From the NCBI GenBank assembly GCA_001889965.1, contig MOEI01000012.1, forward strand, positions 1,170 to 65,169: a DNA stretch of 64,000 bases, in the 5' to 3' direction. Numbering within the stretch: position 1 is the first letter of the stretch; each line of letters begins with the position of its first letter. The DNA comes from a bacterium CG10_46_32. Its GTDB lineage: Bacteria > Patescibacteriota > Patescibacteriia > UBA2169. The position numbers and the translations under genes are program-made. The notes under the pieces are model-generated. The model was not told the origin of the DNA and did no database searches. It was given only the letters and a program-made list of their open reading frames with translations. Shown here piece after piece: positions 26,816 to 35,476 of this stretch.

Positions 26816-27085
26816 ATGCCGATTAAGAAATCATCATTTAAAGAACTGCGCAAAACTAAGACACGGACACTGTTCAACAAGATCCGGGAAAAGAAGATTA
26901 AGGACACTCTCAAAAAGATTCAAAAGGCGCTTACCATAAAGAATCTCGAAGAGGCGCAGAAGCTTGCACAAAGCGTTGTTGGAATGATCGACAAAGCCGC
27001 AAAGCGCAATATCATCCACCCGAACAAGGCTGCCCGCAAAAAGTCTCGCATGTTCGCAGCAATCAAAAAAGCTTCCGCAAAATAA
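26816..27085 (+). CDS. rpsT: 30S ribosomal protein S20
   Basis: 89-aa basic helical protein with typical S20 sequence. Confidence 0.9.
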   Translation: MPIKKSSFKELRKTKTRTLFNKIREKKIKDTLKKIQKALTIKNLEEAQKLAQSVVGMIDKAAKRNIIHPNKAARKKSRMFAAIKKASAK

Positions 27086-27095
27086 CTACCGCATT

Positions 27096-27128
27096 AAAAC
27101 AGCCCACCTCCTTGGTGGGCTGTTTTGT
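27096..27128 (+). terminator. Intrinsic terminator after rpsT
   Basis: aaaacagcccacctccttggtgggctgttttg. Confidence 0.65.
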
Positions 27129-27240
27129 CATTGCGAGCGAAGCGAAGCAATCCTAACGTCGCGTGGAAGCCTATAGCATACTCATACTCTCACTGATCGA
27201 TAGGATTGCTTCGGTCGTGAGTACACTCTCTCGCAATGAC
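27127..27240. repeat. ~115-nt nested inverted repeat (long imperfect hairpin)
   Basis: Outer arms gtcattgcgag/ctcgcaatgac and inner arms gaagcaatcct/aggattgcttc, lying between the rpsT terminator and the holA-like stop. Confidence 0.5.
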
Positions 27241-27241
27241 A

Positions 27242-29218
27242 CTAGCGAACAATAGAATCAACTAATATAGTAAACAGGAGTCTAGGCTCGCCGCGGCTTT
27301 CTTTGAGGCTGCGGTCCAAGCGAGCAAGCGCATGGTACGTGGCCACAAGGCGCGCGATAGTAAACCGTGTTGCTTGCTTCCGAGTTTTTTGAACCACAAA
27401 CGGATTCAGCTTAAGCTGCGAGGCAAGGGATGCATCAGACCCTTCGGCCCCGTGCAATGCAAGCAGTAATCGGGTCTGCCTAATAATCATTCCCAAAAAC
27501 TGCTGAGGCGCTTCACTTGCTTCAAGTTGTGCATCCACCAAACTAAGCGCGGTTTTTTTGTCGCCACTCGAAAGCGCGTCCACAAACTTCCAAATATTCT
27601 CTTGGCTTCCTGCGTGCACCATAGTGCGCACCATTTGTTCGGTAATGGGATTCTTTCCTGCGGCCGCGAGCTTGGCAACCTCGTTGCGCGCCCGCCACAC
27701 GTCCGCGCCAATCATGCTACCAAGCAGCGCGCTAGCGCGAGGCTCAATTGTAGCATGCAGCTCTTGTGCATACTTCTGGATTCTATCGGGCATTTCAGAT
27801 TCAGAAGGCTGGGCAAACTCTTTGGAGTATTGCTCCTTTGCAAGCCGAGACACAAGCTTTAAACGCTTGTCGCACGCGCCGGCGTGGAACACAATGAGCG
27901 TGGTGTCTACTGAAAGCTCATGAGTATCCAAAAAATCCGTAAGTCCGTCGCGGATGTCCTTGTCTTCTAAAACCCCTTTTGCAACAACTAATTTTTTGGA
28001 GCTAAACAATCCTCCACCTGTCAAAAACGCAGCAAGCTGTTCCCAGCTTCCCTCAGATGCTTCAAACAACTCAACCATGCCGCCTGATTGCGCATGCTTT
28101 TTGTTGAACTGGTCGGTTAATTTTTCCAGGTATTGACGCGACGAGTACGTGTCTTCCCCGTGAATCAAAATAAGCATGCGCCTTCCAATTTGTTTTTGAA
28201 TGGTTAAACTTCTGCAATGCACCAAAACCCCCAAATACGATTGCAAAGATTGATTAAATGATTCTGTCCCAATAAAACCATGCCGCAACTGCTCCTTTTT
28301 GACGCGCATCTTCTTGATAATCCTGTGCTTCGTTTTGGTGCGGATAACGCGATAGTGCGGAAGCGCGACATATCCCAAAAAATCAATCCCCTGATTAATT
28401 TTACGCACGAAAACAGTATCGTCATGAATCTCCAGTTTTAAGTTTTGATCCAAGAATAGCCTAGCACGCGCCGCGCTATCTTTCAAATAATCAGGGTCTC
28501 GGTGCAACATCACAAAATCATCACAATACCTGACATAATACTTTTGGCATAACGAATGCTTGACGTATTGGTCTAATTCATTTAAATAAACGTTTGCAAA
28601 CAACTGACTTGTTACATTGCCCAAGGGAATCCCTTTTCCGTGCACTATTGAAAAACTGCCTATGATATCCCCAATAAGACGCAATGCGGCATCATCCTGA
28701 ATAGTTTTTTGCATAATCCCGCGCAACACGCCGTGGTCAACCGTATCAAAAAACTTTTTAATATCACAAGTAAGCGCGTACGCGGTTTTGGTAAAATTAT
28801 CAGTTGCCTTGCGCGCGAACCGCTCAAGGCGGCTTACTCCCTTGTGCGTCCCCTTGCCAATCCTGCACGAATACGAATCAAAAATAAAATGCGGATCAAA
28901 CTCATGGTATAGTACCCTAAACACTGCCTGGTGCATAAGCCTGTCCCGCACATCGGCTTTATGTATGTGCCTTAATTTCGGATCGCGTACATAAAATGAA
29001 CTATACGGCCCATGCGCATAGCGCCCCGTCCGAAGGTCGTCACGCAAGCCAAATAGAGCATCCTCAAGCGCAAACTCAAATTCCCGCACATCTTGCTTTT
29101 TCCGCTTGCCTCGCCTAAACTCATACCATGCGGAGAAAAGATTCTCCAGGCTTATAATCCTCTCAAACAAGCTATTAACACCAGTATGCCCGCCCCCCCC
29201 CCAACGGAGTGGTTCCAA
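27242..29218 (-). CDS. DGR-type reverse transcriptase (28178-29218) fused in frame to a full-length DNA polymerase III delta subunit HolA homologue (27242-28177)
   Basis: RT part: NLFSAWYEFRRGKR...KADVRDRLMHQA...SYSCRIGKGTH...IPLGNVTSQL...YVRYCDDFVM (DGR Brt-like motifs including LGNxTSQ and YxDD). From MLILIHGEDTY onward it is HolA-like (…FVDALSSGDKKTALSLVDAQL…). There is no stop codon between the two parts. The paralogous RT at 58243-59268 ends at the equivalent position. Confidence 0.75.
   Translation of the reverse strand: MEPLRWGGGGHTGVNSLFERIISLENLFSAWYEFRRGKRKKQDVREFEFALEDALFGLRDDLRTGRYAHGPYSSFYVRDPKLRHIHKADVRDRLMHQAVFRVLYHEFDPHFIFDSYSCRIGKGTHKGVSRLERFARKATDNFTKTAYALTCDIKKFFDTVDHGVLRGIMQKTIQDDAALRLIGDIIGSFSIVHGKGIPLGNVTSQLFANVYLNELDQYVKHSLCQKYYVRYCDDFVMLHRDPDYLKDSAARARLFLDQNLKLEIHDDTVFVRKINQGIDFLGYVALPHYRVIRTKTKHRIIKKMRVKKEQLRHGFIGTESFNQSLQSYLGVLVHCRSLTIQKQIGRRMLILIHGEDTYSSRQYLEKLTDQFNKKHAQSGGMVELFEASEGSWEQLAAFLTGGGLFSSKKLVVAKGVLEDKDIRDGLTDFLDTHELSVDTTLIVFHAGACDKRLKLVSRLAKEQYSKEFAQPSESEMPDRIQKYAQELHATIEPRASALLGSMIGADVWRARNEVAKLAAAGKNPITEQMVRTMVHAGSQENIWKFVDALSSGDKKTALSLVDAQLEASEAPQQFLGMIIRQTRLLLALHGAEGSDASLASQLKLNPFVVQKTRKQATRFTIARLVATYHALARLDRSLKESRGEPRLLFTILVDSIVR
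29193..29202. repeat. Poly(C)10 homopolymeric tract at the divergent avd/RT junction of DGR-1
   Basis: cgcccccccccc; sits in the RT 5' codons (WGGGG) and just upstream of the avd start. Confidence 0.9.
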
Positions 29219-29562
29219 TTGTCCATGCCATTACTCATGTGTACAAGGAATTGTACCAGCTTGGGAAAAAACTTCCAAAACAAGACCGATACGGCATGCA
29301 CCGGTGCATTACCGAAGTATGCCTCAAAAGCCTCAAGCTTGCGATAGAGGCGGCTTTGTCCGTGAAACAGGAAAAAGCGCCTATCCTAAAAAAACTGCGG
29401 GTGGAAATTGGCGTGCTTAAGCAATTGGTGCGCCTGCTCTATGAATTAAATCGTATCCCACAAAAGGCCTATTTCGGACTTGAACAACAACTCTGTGAAA
29501 TATCCAAAATGGCCGGTGGATGGAGCAAGTATGCTGATATGCACAAAACAAAAGGAGCATAA
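29208..29562 (+). CDS. avd: Avd-like accessory variability determinant of DGR-1, encoded on the strand opposite RT/TR/VR
   Basis: 117 aa, GTG start; LPKQDRYGMHRCITEVCLKSL ... CEISKMAGGWSKYADMHK parallels Bordetella bAvd (IPRKHGVAREMFLKCLL ... AEVGRILGSWIARVNRK). Confidence 0.65.
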
Positions 29563-29574
29563 TCGCTCCTTTTG
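29550..29574. promoter_or_regulatory. Hairpin immediately 3' (TR-RNA sense) of TR-1
   Basis: aaaaggagc-ataatc-gctcctttt overlapping the avd stop; position matches a TR-proximal priming or terminator structure. Confidence 0.35.
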
Positions 29575-29576
29575 CA

Positions 29577-29694
29577 GAAACTATCGCACGAGCACGCAGG
29601 TTCGCGTTGGCATTCTGCGGGTGGTTCCAGTTCAGGTTCAGCGCGCCGCCGTTCCAGTTCACGTTCGGCACATGGCCATCCGAATTGCGGGAAC
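29577..29694 (-). repeat. DGR-1 template repeat (TR)
   Basis: 118-bp copy of VR-1. On the minus strand the variable positions are A, and the translation is Asn-rich (NVNWNGGALNLNWNHPQNANAN). Confidence 0.85.
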
Positions 29695-29885
29695 TCGTGT
29701 AATGCGCGGCTTCATCCATTGCTCCGGCAACCTTTTACAAGGCCTCCTGTGTTTACCAATACTTTGTTGGCTGTGTTTTGAGTCTCCGCGAAAAGCGTAC
29801 ACTCACCAAAGCCGGGCACGTAGTTTCTTGAATATAGCAAATCGTTATCCCGTGGGACCGATTGTAGTAGCCATGTGTAATAATA

Positions 29886-29922
29886 CAAAAAAAGCCCCCG
29901 TCTGCGCAAGGCAAACGGGGGG
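29886..29922 (-). terminator. Intrinsic terminator after DGR-1 target gene
   Basis: gcccccgt...acgggggg hairpin plus A7 (U-run on the minus-strand transcript). Confidence 0.5.
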
Positions 29923-29956
29923 TATAGAGAGGGAAACAAGGGAGAAGGTACGAGGG

Positions 29957-30688
29957 TTAGGAAACTACCGCACGAGCACGCAGGCGCGCGCCGGCACCCT
30001 GCGGGTAGTGCCAGTGCAGGCTCAGCGCGCCGCCGAACCAGTCCACGCTCGGCACATGGCCATCCGAAACGCGGGAACCACTACAGAGTGTGATACTCTT
30101 TACATCCAGATGGCCCCCTTTCTCATCGTTGTACTTCAGCTCGTGGATGACGCGCTCCAGCGCGGTTTCGGTCGCGATCTCGCGCTCTGCTATGTCCTCG
30201 GCAGACAGGTTCTTGAGTTCCTCGTCTGCCTCCACCCGGTCGCGCACGCGGATTGCGTACGAGCCAGTCGCGGAGTCGCGTTCATTCCGGCTGATGGCGC
30301 TGTCCGTGTTATCCCAGTAGCACCTAACCGGAAAACGCTCCTCACACGCATGGAGGAGCCGAGAGAGCTGCAATCCGTGGGCGATTATGAGCACCTTGTT
30401 AAAACCGGGCTTTGGTGCCGGCAAGGCAAGGTGCGAGAAACCAACCCCCATGCCGAGTACGCGCCCGTAGAAGTCCTCCCACTCCGTCCGGACATCGCTC
30501 TGCAGAATCGCCTGCATGCGGTTTTTGTCTATGCGGCCGTTCTGGACCTGGGCCCAGAACTCTTTCATCTGTCCTGGCGTCGGCGGCCCCGATGAGCCTC
30601 CCTCTTGCTGAACACGCACATCTGCGCAGTCAGTAGCATGCAATGCGGTCATCGCACACCTCCTATGGAAATAGGTTAAAAAGTGCAT
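29957..30688 (-). CDS. DGR-1 target protein with C-terminal variable region (CLec/FGE-like ...VDWFGGALSLHWHYPQGAGARLRARAVVS)
   Basis: GC-rich ORF whose last ~39 codons are VR-1, ending at the stop codon; N-terminal start uncertain. Confidence 0.7.
   Translation of the reverse strand: MHFLTYFHRRCAMTALHATDCADVRVQQEGGSSGPPTPGQMKEFWAQVQNGRIDKNRMQAILQSDVRTEWEDFYGRVLGMGVGFSHLALPAPKPGFNKVLIIAHGLQLSRLLHACEERFPVRCYWDNTDSAISRNERDSATGSYAIRVRDRVEADEELKNLSAEDIAEREIATETALERVIHELKYNDEKGGHLDVKSITLCSGSRVSDGHVPSVDWFGGALSLHWHYPQGAGARLRARAVVS
29961..30078 (-). repeat. DGR-1 variable repeat (VR)
   Basis: Matches TR-1 with about 18 mismatches, all but one at TR adenines (TR A -> VR C/G/T). Confidence 0.85.
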
Positions 30689-30776
30689 CTAAACGGGCAT
30701 TCCGTTTAGTTAAATATGCTACCACACTTTTTTACTATTGTCAATACTGAAATTTTTGCCTAATTTCAGCAAAAAT

Positions 30777-33518
30777 CTAATGTGCTTCCTGCCAATTTTT
30801 GCCTGCATGCACCTCCGCAACCAAAGGCACGTTGAGCTTGACCACAGACCCCATCGTTTCCTGCACAAATTGGGAAACACGGCCAACCTCTTTGGCTGGC
30901 ACCTCAAACACCAATTCATCATGTACCTGCATGAGCATGCGGCTTTTAGAACTCACCTTGTGCAAATCAGCATCAATCGCGATCATAGCAAGCTTCATAA
31001 TATCCGCGGCAGTGCCCTGCACTGGCATGTTAGTTGCCAAACGCTCAGCAGCAGCGCGAACCTGGGCCATGCCGGAGTTGATGTCCGGAATCTGCAGCCT
31101 GCGTCCAAACTTGGTTTCCACAAATCCACGCGAAGTGGCAAGCGCGATGTTTGTATCAATGTAATCACGCACGCCGCTAAACTCCCTAAAGTACCGCTCA
31201 ATAAATTCCTCTGCACGGTGGTAGGCCATGCCAGTGCGCTGCGCCAATCCCCTCGCGCCCATGCCATACAAAATGCCAAAGTTCACCTCCTTGGCAGTGC
31301 GCCTAATTTCTGGCGTAACTTCTGATTCCGGAATCTGGTGCACGAACGCGGCTGTTCCCGTATGAATGTCTTTGCCTTGTTTAAAAATCTCAATAAGCTT
31401 TTTGTCGCCGGAAAGATCGGCAGCAACGCGCAATTCAATCTGGGAATAGTCCGCGCTCAAAAGCTCAAAGCCGCGTTCCGCAATAAACGCCTTGCGGATG
31501 GATCTGCCAAGCTCAGTGCGCATGGGAATATTCTGTAAATTCGGATCACTTGAGGAAAGCCGACCCGTTGAGGCAACTGTCTGGTTAAAACTGGTGTGCA
31601 CGCGTCCGGTTTCTTTGTTCACCAATTTTGGAAGCGCGTCCAAATAGGTATTTTTTAATTTAGAAAATTCGCGGTGCTCCATAATGAGCGGAATTGAGGG
31701 GTGCATATCAAGCATTTTTTCGAGCTGCCCAGCTGCCGTAGAAAAACCGGTTTTGGTTTTACCAATTCCTTTTGTGGAAAGGCCGAGTTTTTCAAAAAGC
31801 ACTTCTTTCAGCTGCTGCGGGGATGCTACATTAAACTCAACGCCTGTTTCCTTGTAAATCTTTTTTTCGAGTTTTGTAATGTCATGCCCCAGTGTTTTAG
31901 ACATCTCATTTAAAAATTTGGAATCAATTTTAACACCTGCTTGCTCCATGGAAGCAAGCACTGGCACCAAAGGCATTTCTATATCCCGCATCACTGAATC
32001 CAAATTCTCTTTTTGCAATTCTTTTGCAAATTTCAAAGAAAGCTGCAGCGTGTAATCCGCGTCCTCGGCCGCATAGTCGGCAACGCGGTCCAAATCAACA
32101 TCAGCCATGGAAAGTTGATTCTTTCCACGCGGGCCAATAAGGTCGGAAATTGGGATCATCTGGCGCCTGAGCTCCATAAACGTAAGGTTATCAAGCGAGT
32201 GGCTGCGGCCCGTAGGGTACAAAAGGTAGGACGCGATCATGGAATCAAACGAAATGGGGAGCAACGAAATGCCCGCACGCGCGAGGGATTCAATTTCGTA
32301 CTTAATGTTATGCCCAAATTTTTTAATGGATGGATTCAAGAGCACATCTTTAAACAAGCCAACAAATTTGGCAGTGATGTAGTATGCCTCTCCCTGCTTC
32401 CAGGATAACGACATACCAAGCAGATTCGAAGTAAACGCGCCAAGGGAATCGGTTTCTGTATCAACTGCCAAAGCTTGTACGCCTTCCAACTTTTTAATAA
32501 GCGACTCGCTCGATTCCTTGGTATTAATTAAATAATACCCATCCCGAATTTTAAAATTTTCATTGCTCACGGATTCAGCGCCCGGAAACAAAGATCCCTG
32601 CCCCTGTACGTTCCTTGGGGCATACCCTCCAAACACCTCCTGCGCTCTCGAAACGAGCGACCGGAATTCCAGTTTGCGGAACAATTCCAAAAGATCATTT
32701 TGATGGCTGGGCGCAACAGCCAAATCTTTTAGGTTAAACGCAAGATTGATATCGCATACAATAGTTGCAAGTTCGCGTGAAAGAAAAGCATTCTTTTTAT
32801 CCTTTATCAGTTTTTTTGCGACTGATTCTTTGATTGTATCTCCTGTGCCTTTTTCTACATACGCGTAGATTTCCTCCAAAGAATCAAATTTTTCCAAAAG
32901 CTCTTTTGCGGTTTTCTCGCCCACTCCGGCAACGCCGGGAATATTGTCCGATGAGTCTCCGGCAAGCGCTTTGTAGGTAACTACTTTTTCCGGGCCAAAC
33001 CCATGCTTTTCTTTTACTCCGGCAATATCATAGGTAATAGTGTCATTGATGCCGCGCTTAATGGTGTATACAGACGTATGCTTATCAACCAACTGTAACG
33101 CGTCCATGTCCCCGGTTACAATAATGGTTTTAAGATCATGCTTCGCAGCCTGGAAAGCAAGCGTGCCAATCACATCATCTGCCTCATACCCTGCCCGCTC
33201 CTCAATATGAAACCCAAAATCTTTTGCAACTTGTTTGATTAAGGGAATCTGCTCATAGAGTTCGTCTGGTTGCTTTTCACGCGTTGCCTTGTACTCCTTA
33301 TAGGCCTCATGCCGAAATGTGCCTCCAGGAGGATCAAACGCAACTACCCCGTAATCCGGGGCAAGCTCTTTTATAATATTGAGCATGATGGACGCAAACC
33401 CATACACTGCATTCACCATGGTGCCATCACTCGTGGTTAACGGCGGCAACGCATGCCACGCTCGGTGCAAGAGCGCGTTTCCATCAATAATAATGAATTT
33501 TTTCTTATTGTTTGGCAT
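30777..33518 (-). CDS. polA: DNA polymerase I
   Basis: 5'-3' exonuclease, 3'-5' exonuclease and polymerase domains with motifs A/B/C (DYSQIELR, RRTAKEVNFGILYG, VHDE); 913 aa. Confidence 0.95.
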   Translation of the reverse strand: MPNNKKKFIIIDGNALLHRAWHALPPLTTSDGTMVNAVYGFASIMLNIIKELAPDYGVVAFDPPGGTFRHEAYKEYKATREKQPDELYEQIPLIKQVAKDFGFHIEERAGYEADDVIGTLAFQAAKHDLKTIIVTGDMDALQLVDKHTSVYTIKRGINDTITYDIAGVKEKHGFGPEKVVTYKALAGDSSDNIPGVAGVGEKTAKELLEKFDSLEEIYAYVEKGTGDTIKESVAKKLIKDKKNAFLSRELATIVCDINLAFNLKDLAVAPSHQNDLLELFRKLEFRSLVSRAQEVFGGYAPRNVQGQGSLFPGAESVSNENFKIRDGYYLINTKESSESLIKKLEGVQALAVDTETDSLGAFTSNLLGMSLSWKQGEAYYITAKFVGLFKDVLLNPSIKKFGHNIKYEIESLARAGISLLPISFDSMIASYLLYPTGRSHSLDNLTFMELRRQMIPISDLIGPRGKNQLSMADVDLDRVADYAAEDADYTLQLSLKFAKELQKENLDSVMRDIEMPLVPVLASMEQAGVKIDSKFLNEMSKTLGHDITKLEKKIYKETGVEFNVASPQQLKEVLFEKLGLSTKGIGKTKTGFSTAAGQLEKMLDMHPSIPLIMEHREFSKLKNTYLDALPKLVNKETGRVHTSFNQTVASTGRLSSSDPNLQNIPMRTELGRSIRKAFIAERGFELLSADYSQIELRVAADLSGDKKLIEIFKQGKDIHTGTAAFVHQIPESEVTPEIRRTAKEVNFGILYGMGARGLAQRTGMAYHRAEEFIERYFREFSGVRDYIDTNIALATSRGFVETKFGRRLQIPDINSGMAQVRAAAERLATNMPVQGTAADIMKLAMIAIDADLHKVSSKSRMLMQVHDELVFEVPAKEVGRVSQFVQETMGSVVKLNVPLVAEVHAGKNWQEAH

Positions 33519-33579
33519 ATATATATCTTACCGCACTTTCCGCAAAAAACAACGTCCAAAATATGGTATCATATACTAT

Positions 33580-34050
33580 ATGATATATGCGATTGAAAAT
33601 TGGATGATTGCACTTGCCGCAGGGCCGGGCGCGTATGTGGGACTTTTTTTGTTTGGCGCCATAGCTGCGACGCTTGTCCCGCTCTCTCCGGAAGTCGCGG
33701 CAATCGCGGTATGGAAAGCTGGATTATCTGTACCTGCAACTATTATCGTGCTCACACTCGGAAACTACGCCGGCAACTCGATCAATTACCTGCTCGGCAG
33801 GCTTGGAGAGTACTGGATTTTAAAACGCTGGATCCATATCAAAAAAGAACGGCTTGAGCGCGCAAGGAAACTGTTCGAAAAGTATGGCCCCCCGATCCTG
33901 CTACTCTCTTGGGTGCCCATAATTGGAGATCCACTCACCTTTGTGCCTGGCATACTGCGGTACAGCTTCCTTAAATTTAGCCTCTATGTGATTATTGGCA
34001 AGACCATTGCATTTATAGCCCTCTACTGGCTAGTTTCGTGGTGGGTATAG
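33580..34050 (+). CDS. DedA/YqaA-family membrane protein
   Basis: Start taken at the internal Met after the polA 5' overlap; LSPEVAAI...WVPIIGDPLTFVPG SNARE-associated/DedA motifs. Confidence 0.65.
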   Translation: MIYAIENWMIALAAGPGAYVGLFLFGAIAATLVPLSPEVAAIAVWKAGLSVPATIIVLTLGNYAGNSINYLLGRLGEYWILKRWIHIKKERLERARKLFEKYGPPILLLSWVPIIGDPLTFVPGILRYSFLKFSLYVIIGKTIAFIALYWLVSWWV

Positions 34051-34794
34051 CTTGCGCCGCAGTTCAAGCACGTGCTTGCCAATATCTCTGGCAATAGCAT
34101 CCGCAGACAAAAGAGCCCGCTTCCACTCAAGCGTGGGTGATGATTTTTTTTCTATGAGATTCAAAAGCGATTCACGCACGCGCTGTAAAAAAATTGCAGC
34201 CAAGCCATACGAGCGTATGCTAATTTCAATTTCCGTGCGAAACACGTGGGCACTCTCGTGTTCAAGCGCTTCTTCGTCTATGTCCAAGGCGTACGCTATT
34301 TTAGCGGAAACCAAAAGCGCGTTAATGGTTACCCGAAACACGTCGGAATCTTTTTCGCCACGATAATCATATAACGAGTGTCCAAGCTCGTGCAAATTAT
34401 TTGCCCACATAGTTGCGGATTGATACAGCGGATCATGTTCAAATGGAACAACCACTTCGTCATCAATAGCTTCAAGCTCTTCGCCATCTGAAAGTAATTC
34501 CGCAAGCTCGCTTGTATGTGGCAGTTCGGCGCCGCGGCCAAGAATCTCGGGGTGTTCAATTATTTTAAAGTATTCCTCAAAATCCCCGCTAAAAATCTCT
34601 TGCATGGTTTCATCGTGCTCAAAAAGCGTTTGGTGCTGTTCGCGCACAATATCCCGCTCGCTTTCCACTCCAAAACGCGAACGTTTTATTTGCGGCGCAA
34701 CCAAACGCTGCGCCGCAAACATATATGGATTGCGGGGCGATTGTGTGATGGATCGGATCAGTCGCTCAATGGGTTTTTGTGAGGGAGACGTCAT
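34030..34794 (-). CDS. Hypothetical protein with HExxH motif (HELGH), possible metallopeptidase
   Basis: 254-aa acidic protein; single HELGHSLY motif. Confidence 0.45.
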   Translation of the reverse strand: MTSPSQKPIERLIRSITQSPRNPYMFAAQRLVAPQIKRSRFGVESERDIVREQHQTLFEHDETMQEIFSGDFEEYFKIIEHPEILGRGAELPHTSELAELLSDGEELEAIDDEVVVPFEHDPLYQSATMWANNLHELGHSLYDYRGEKDSDVFRVTINALLVSAKIAYALDIDEEALEHESAHVFRTEIEISIRSYGLAAIFLQRVRESLLNLIEKKSSPTLEWKRALLSADAIARDIGKHVLELRRKLYPPRN

Positions 34795-35452
34795 AGAGTA
34801 TTTCCTCTAACCGCTTAAGATTGCGGCGGGCATCGTCTCGTTTTTGTCGCAATGCGCCACGCAAATTCATAGAAAGCAATACGCCGAATAATTCTTCGGT
34901 TGCATCACGATACTGTTTAATAGCTTTACGCTCACCACGCGTCACCTCGAGCGTTGCCGCGCGCACCAATTCTCCAGTAAGGTCAGAAAGTGCGGAAAGT
35001 TCTTCCTCTGCCCTTGTTTTAAATCCAGTTACAACGGACAGCGATTTTTTCTGCATCACGCGCAAAAGGTAGCTTGCTTCCAAAAATTCTTCCACAGCCG
35101 CTCCGAGCGTTGCCTCACCGCGCAACCCGGCTTTCTCGGCCACGTTGACCATGTGTTTGAGTTTGCGCCCAACTTCGGCCAAAGCCTTTTCTGCCTCCTT
35201 AATTTCGCCACGGTGCAACTTAAAAATAGCGTGCTTTGCCTCGCGCACCAGCGATCCAGTCTCCCGGATTATCCCCGCGCGCCCTGAATCCTGCTTTTCT
35301 ATCTGATTTTTGAGTTTTTTGATGAGTGATTGAGCTATCATATAGGGACTATACCAGGCTTGTGATAAAACTTCAACCGCGCTATACTGGTTCACATTAT
35401 AGGCGACGTAAGGCGAGCGAAATACTATTGCCTTCAGTAATAGTATTTCCAA
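34766..35452 (-). CDS. Hypothetical all-helical protein
   Basis: 228-aa ORF with coiled-coil-like composition; no confident family. Confidence 0.45.
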   Translation of the reverse strand: MEILLLKAIVFRSPYVAYNVNQYSAVEVLSQAWYSPYMIAQSLIKKLKNQIEKQDSGRAGIIRETGSLVREAKHAIFKLHRGEIKEAEKALAEVGRKLKHMVNVAEKAGLRGEATLGAAVEEFLEASYLLRVMQKKSLSVVTGFKTRAEEELSALSDLTGELVRAATLEVTRGERKAIKQYRDATEELFGVLLSMNLRGALRQKRDDARRNLKRLEEILYDVSLTKTH

Positions 35453-35476
35453 GCCAAGAAGCCAATATATACTAAT

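Noticed and set aside
27242-29218. Group II intron or retron interpretation of the two RT genes
   Set aside because: There are no intron RNA domains (no domain V-like GAGC…GUUY hairpin found around the ORFs). The motif set (SYxCRxGKGTH, LGNxTSQ) and the adjacent TR/VR pairs fit DGR RTs, not intron maturases or retron RTs.
29480-30595. 371-aa plus-strand ORF spanning TR-1, VR-1 and the DGR-1 target gene
   Set aside because: It is antisense to a coherent DGR target gene and its TR, sits in a GC-rich stretch where long open frames arise by chance, and has no recognisable motif. Treated as spurious.
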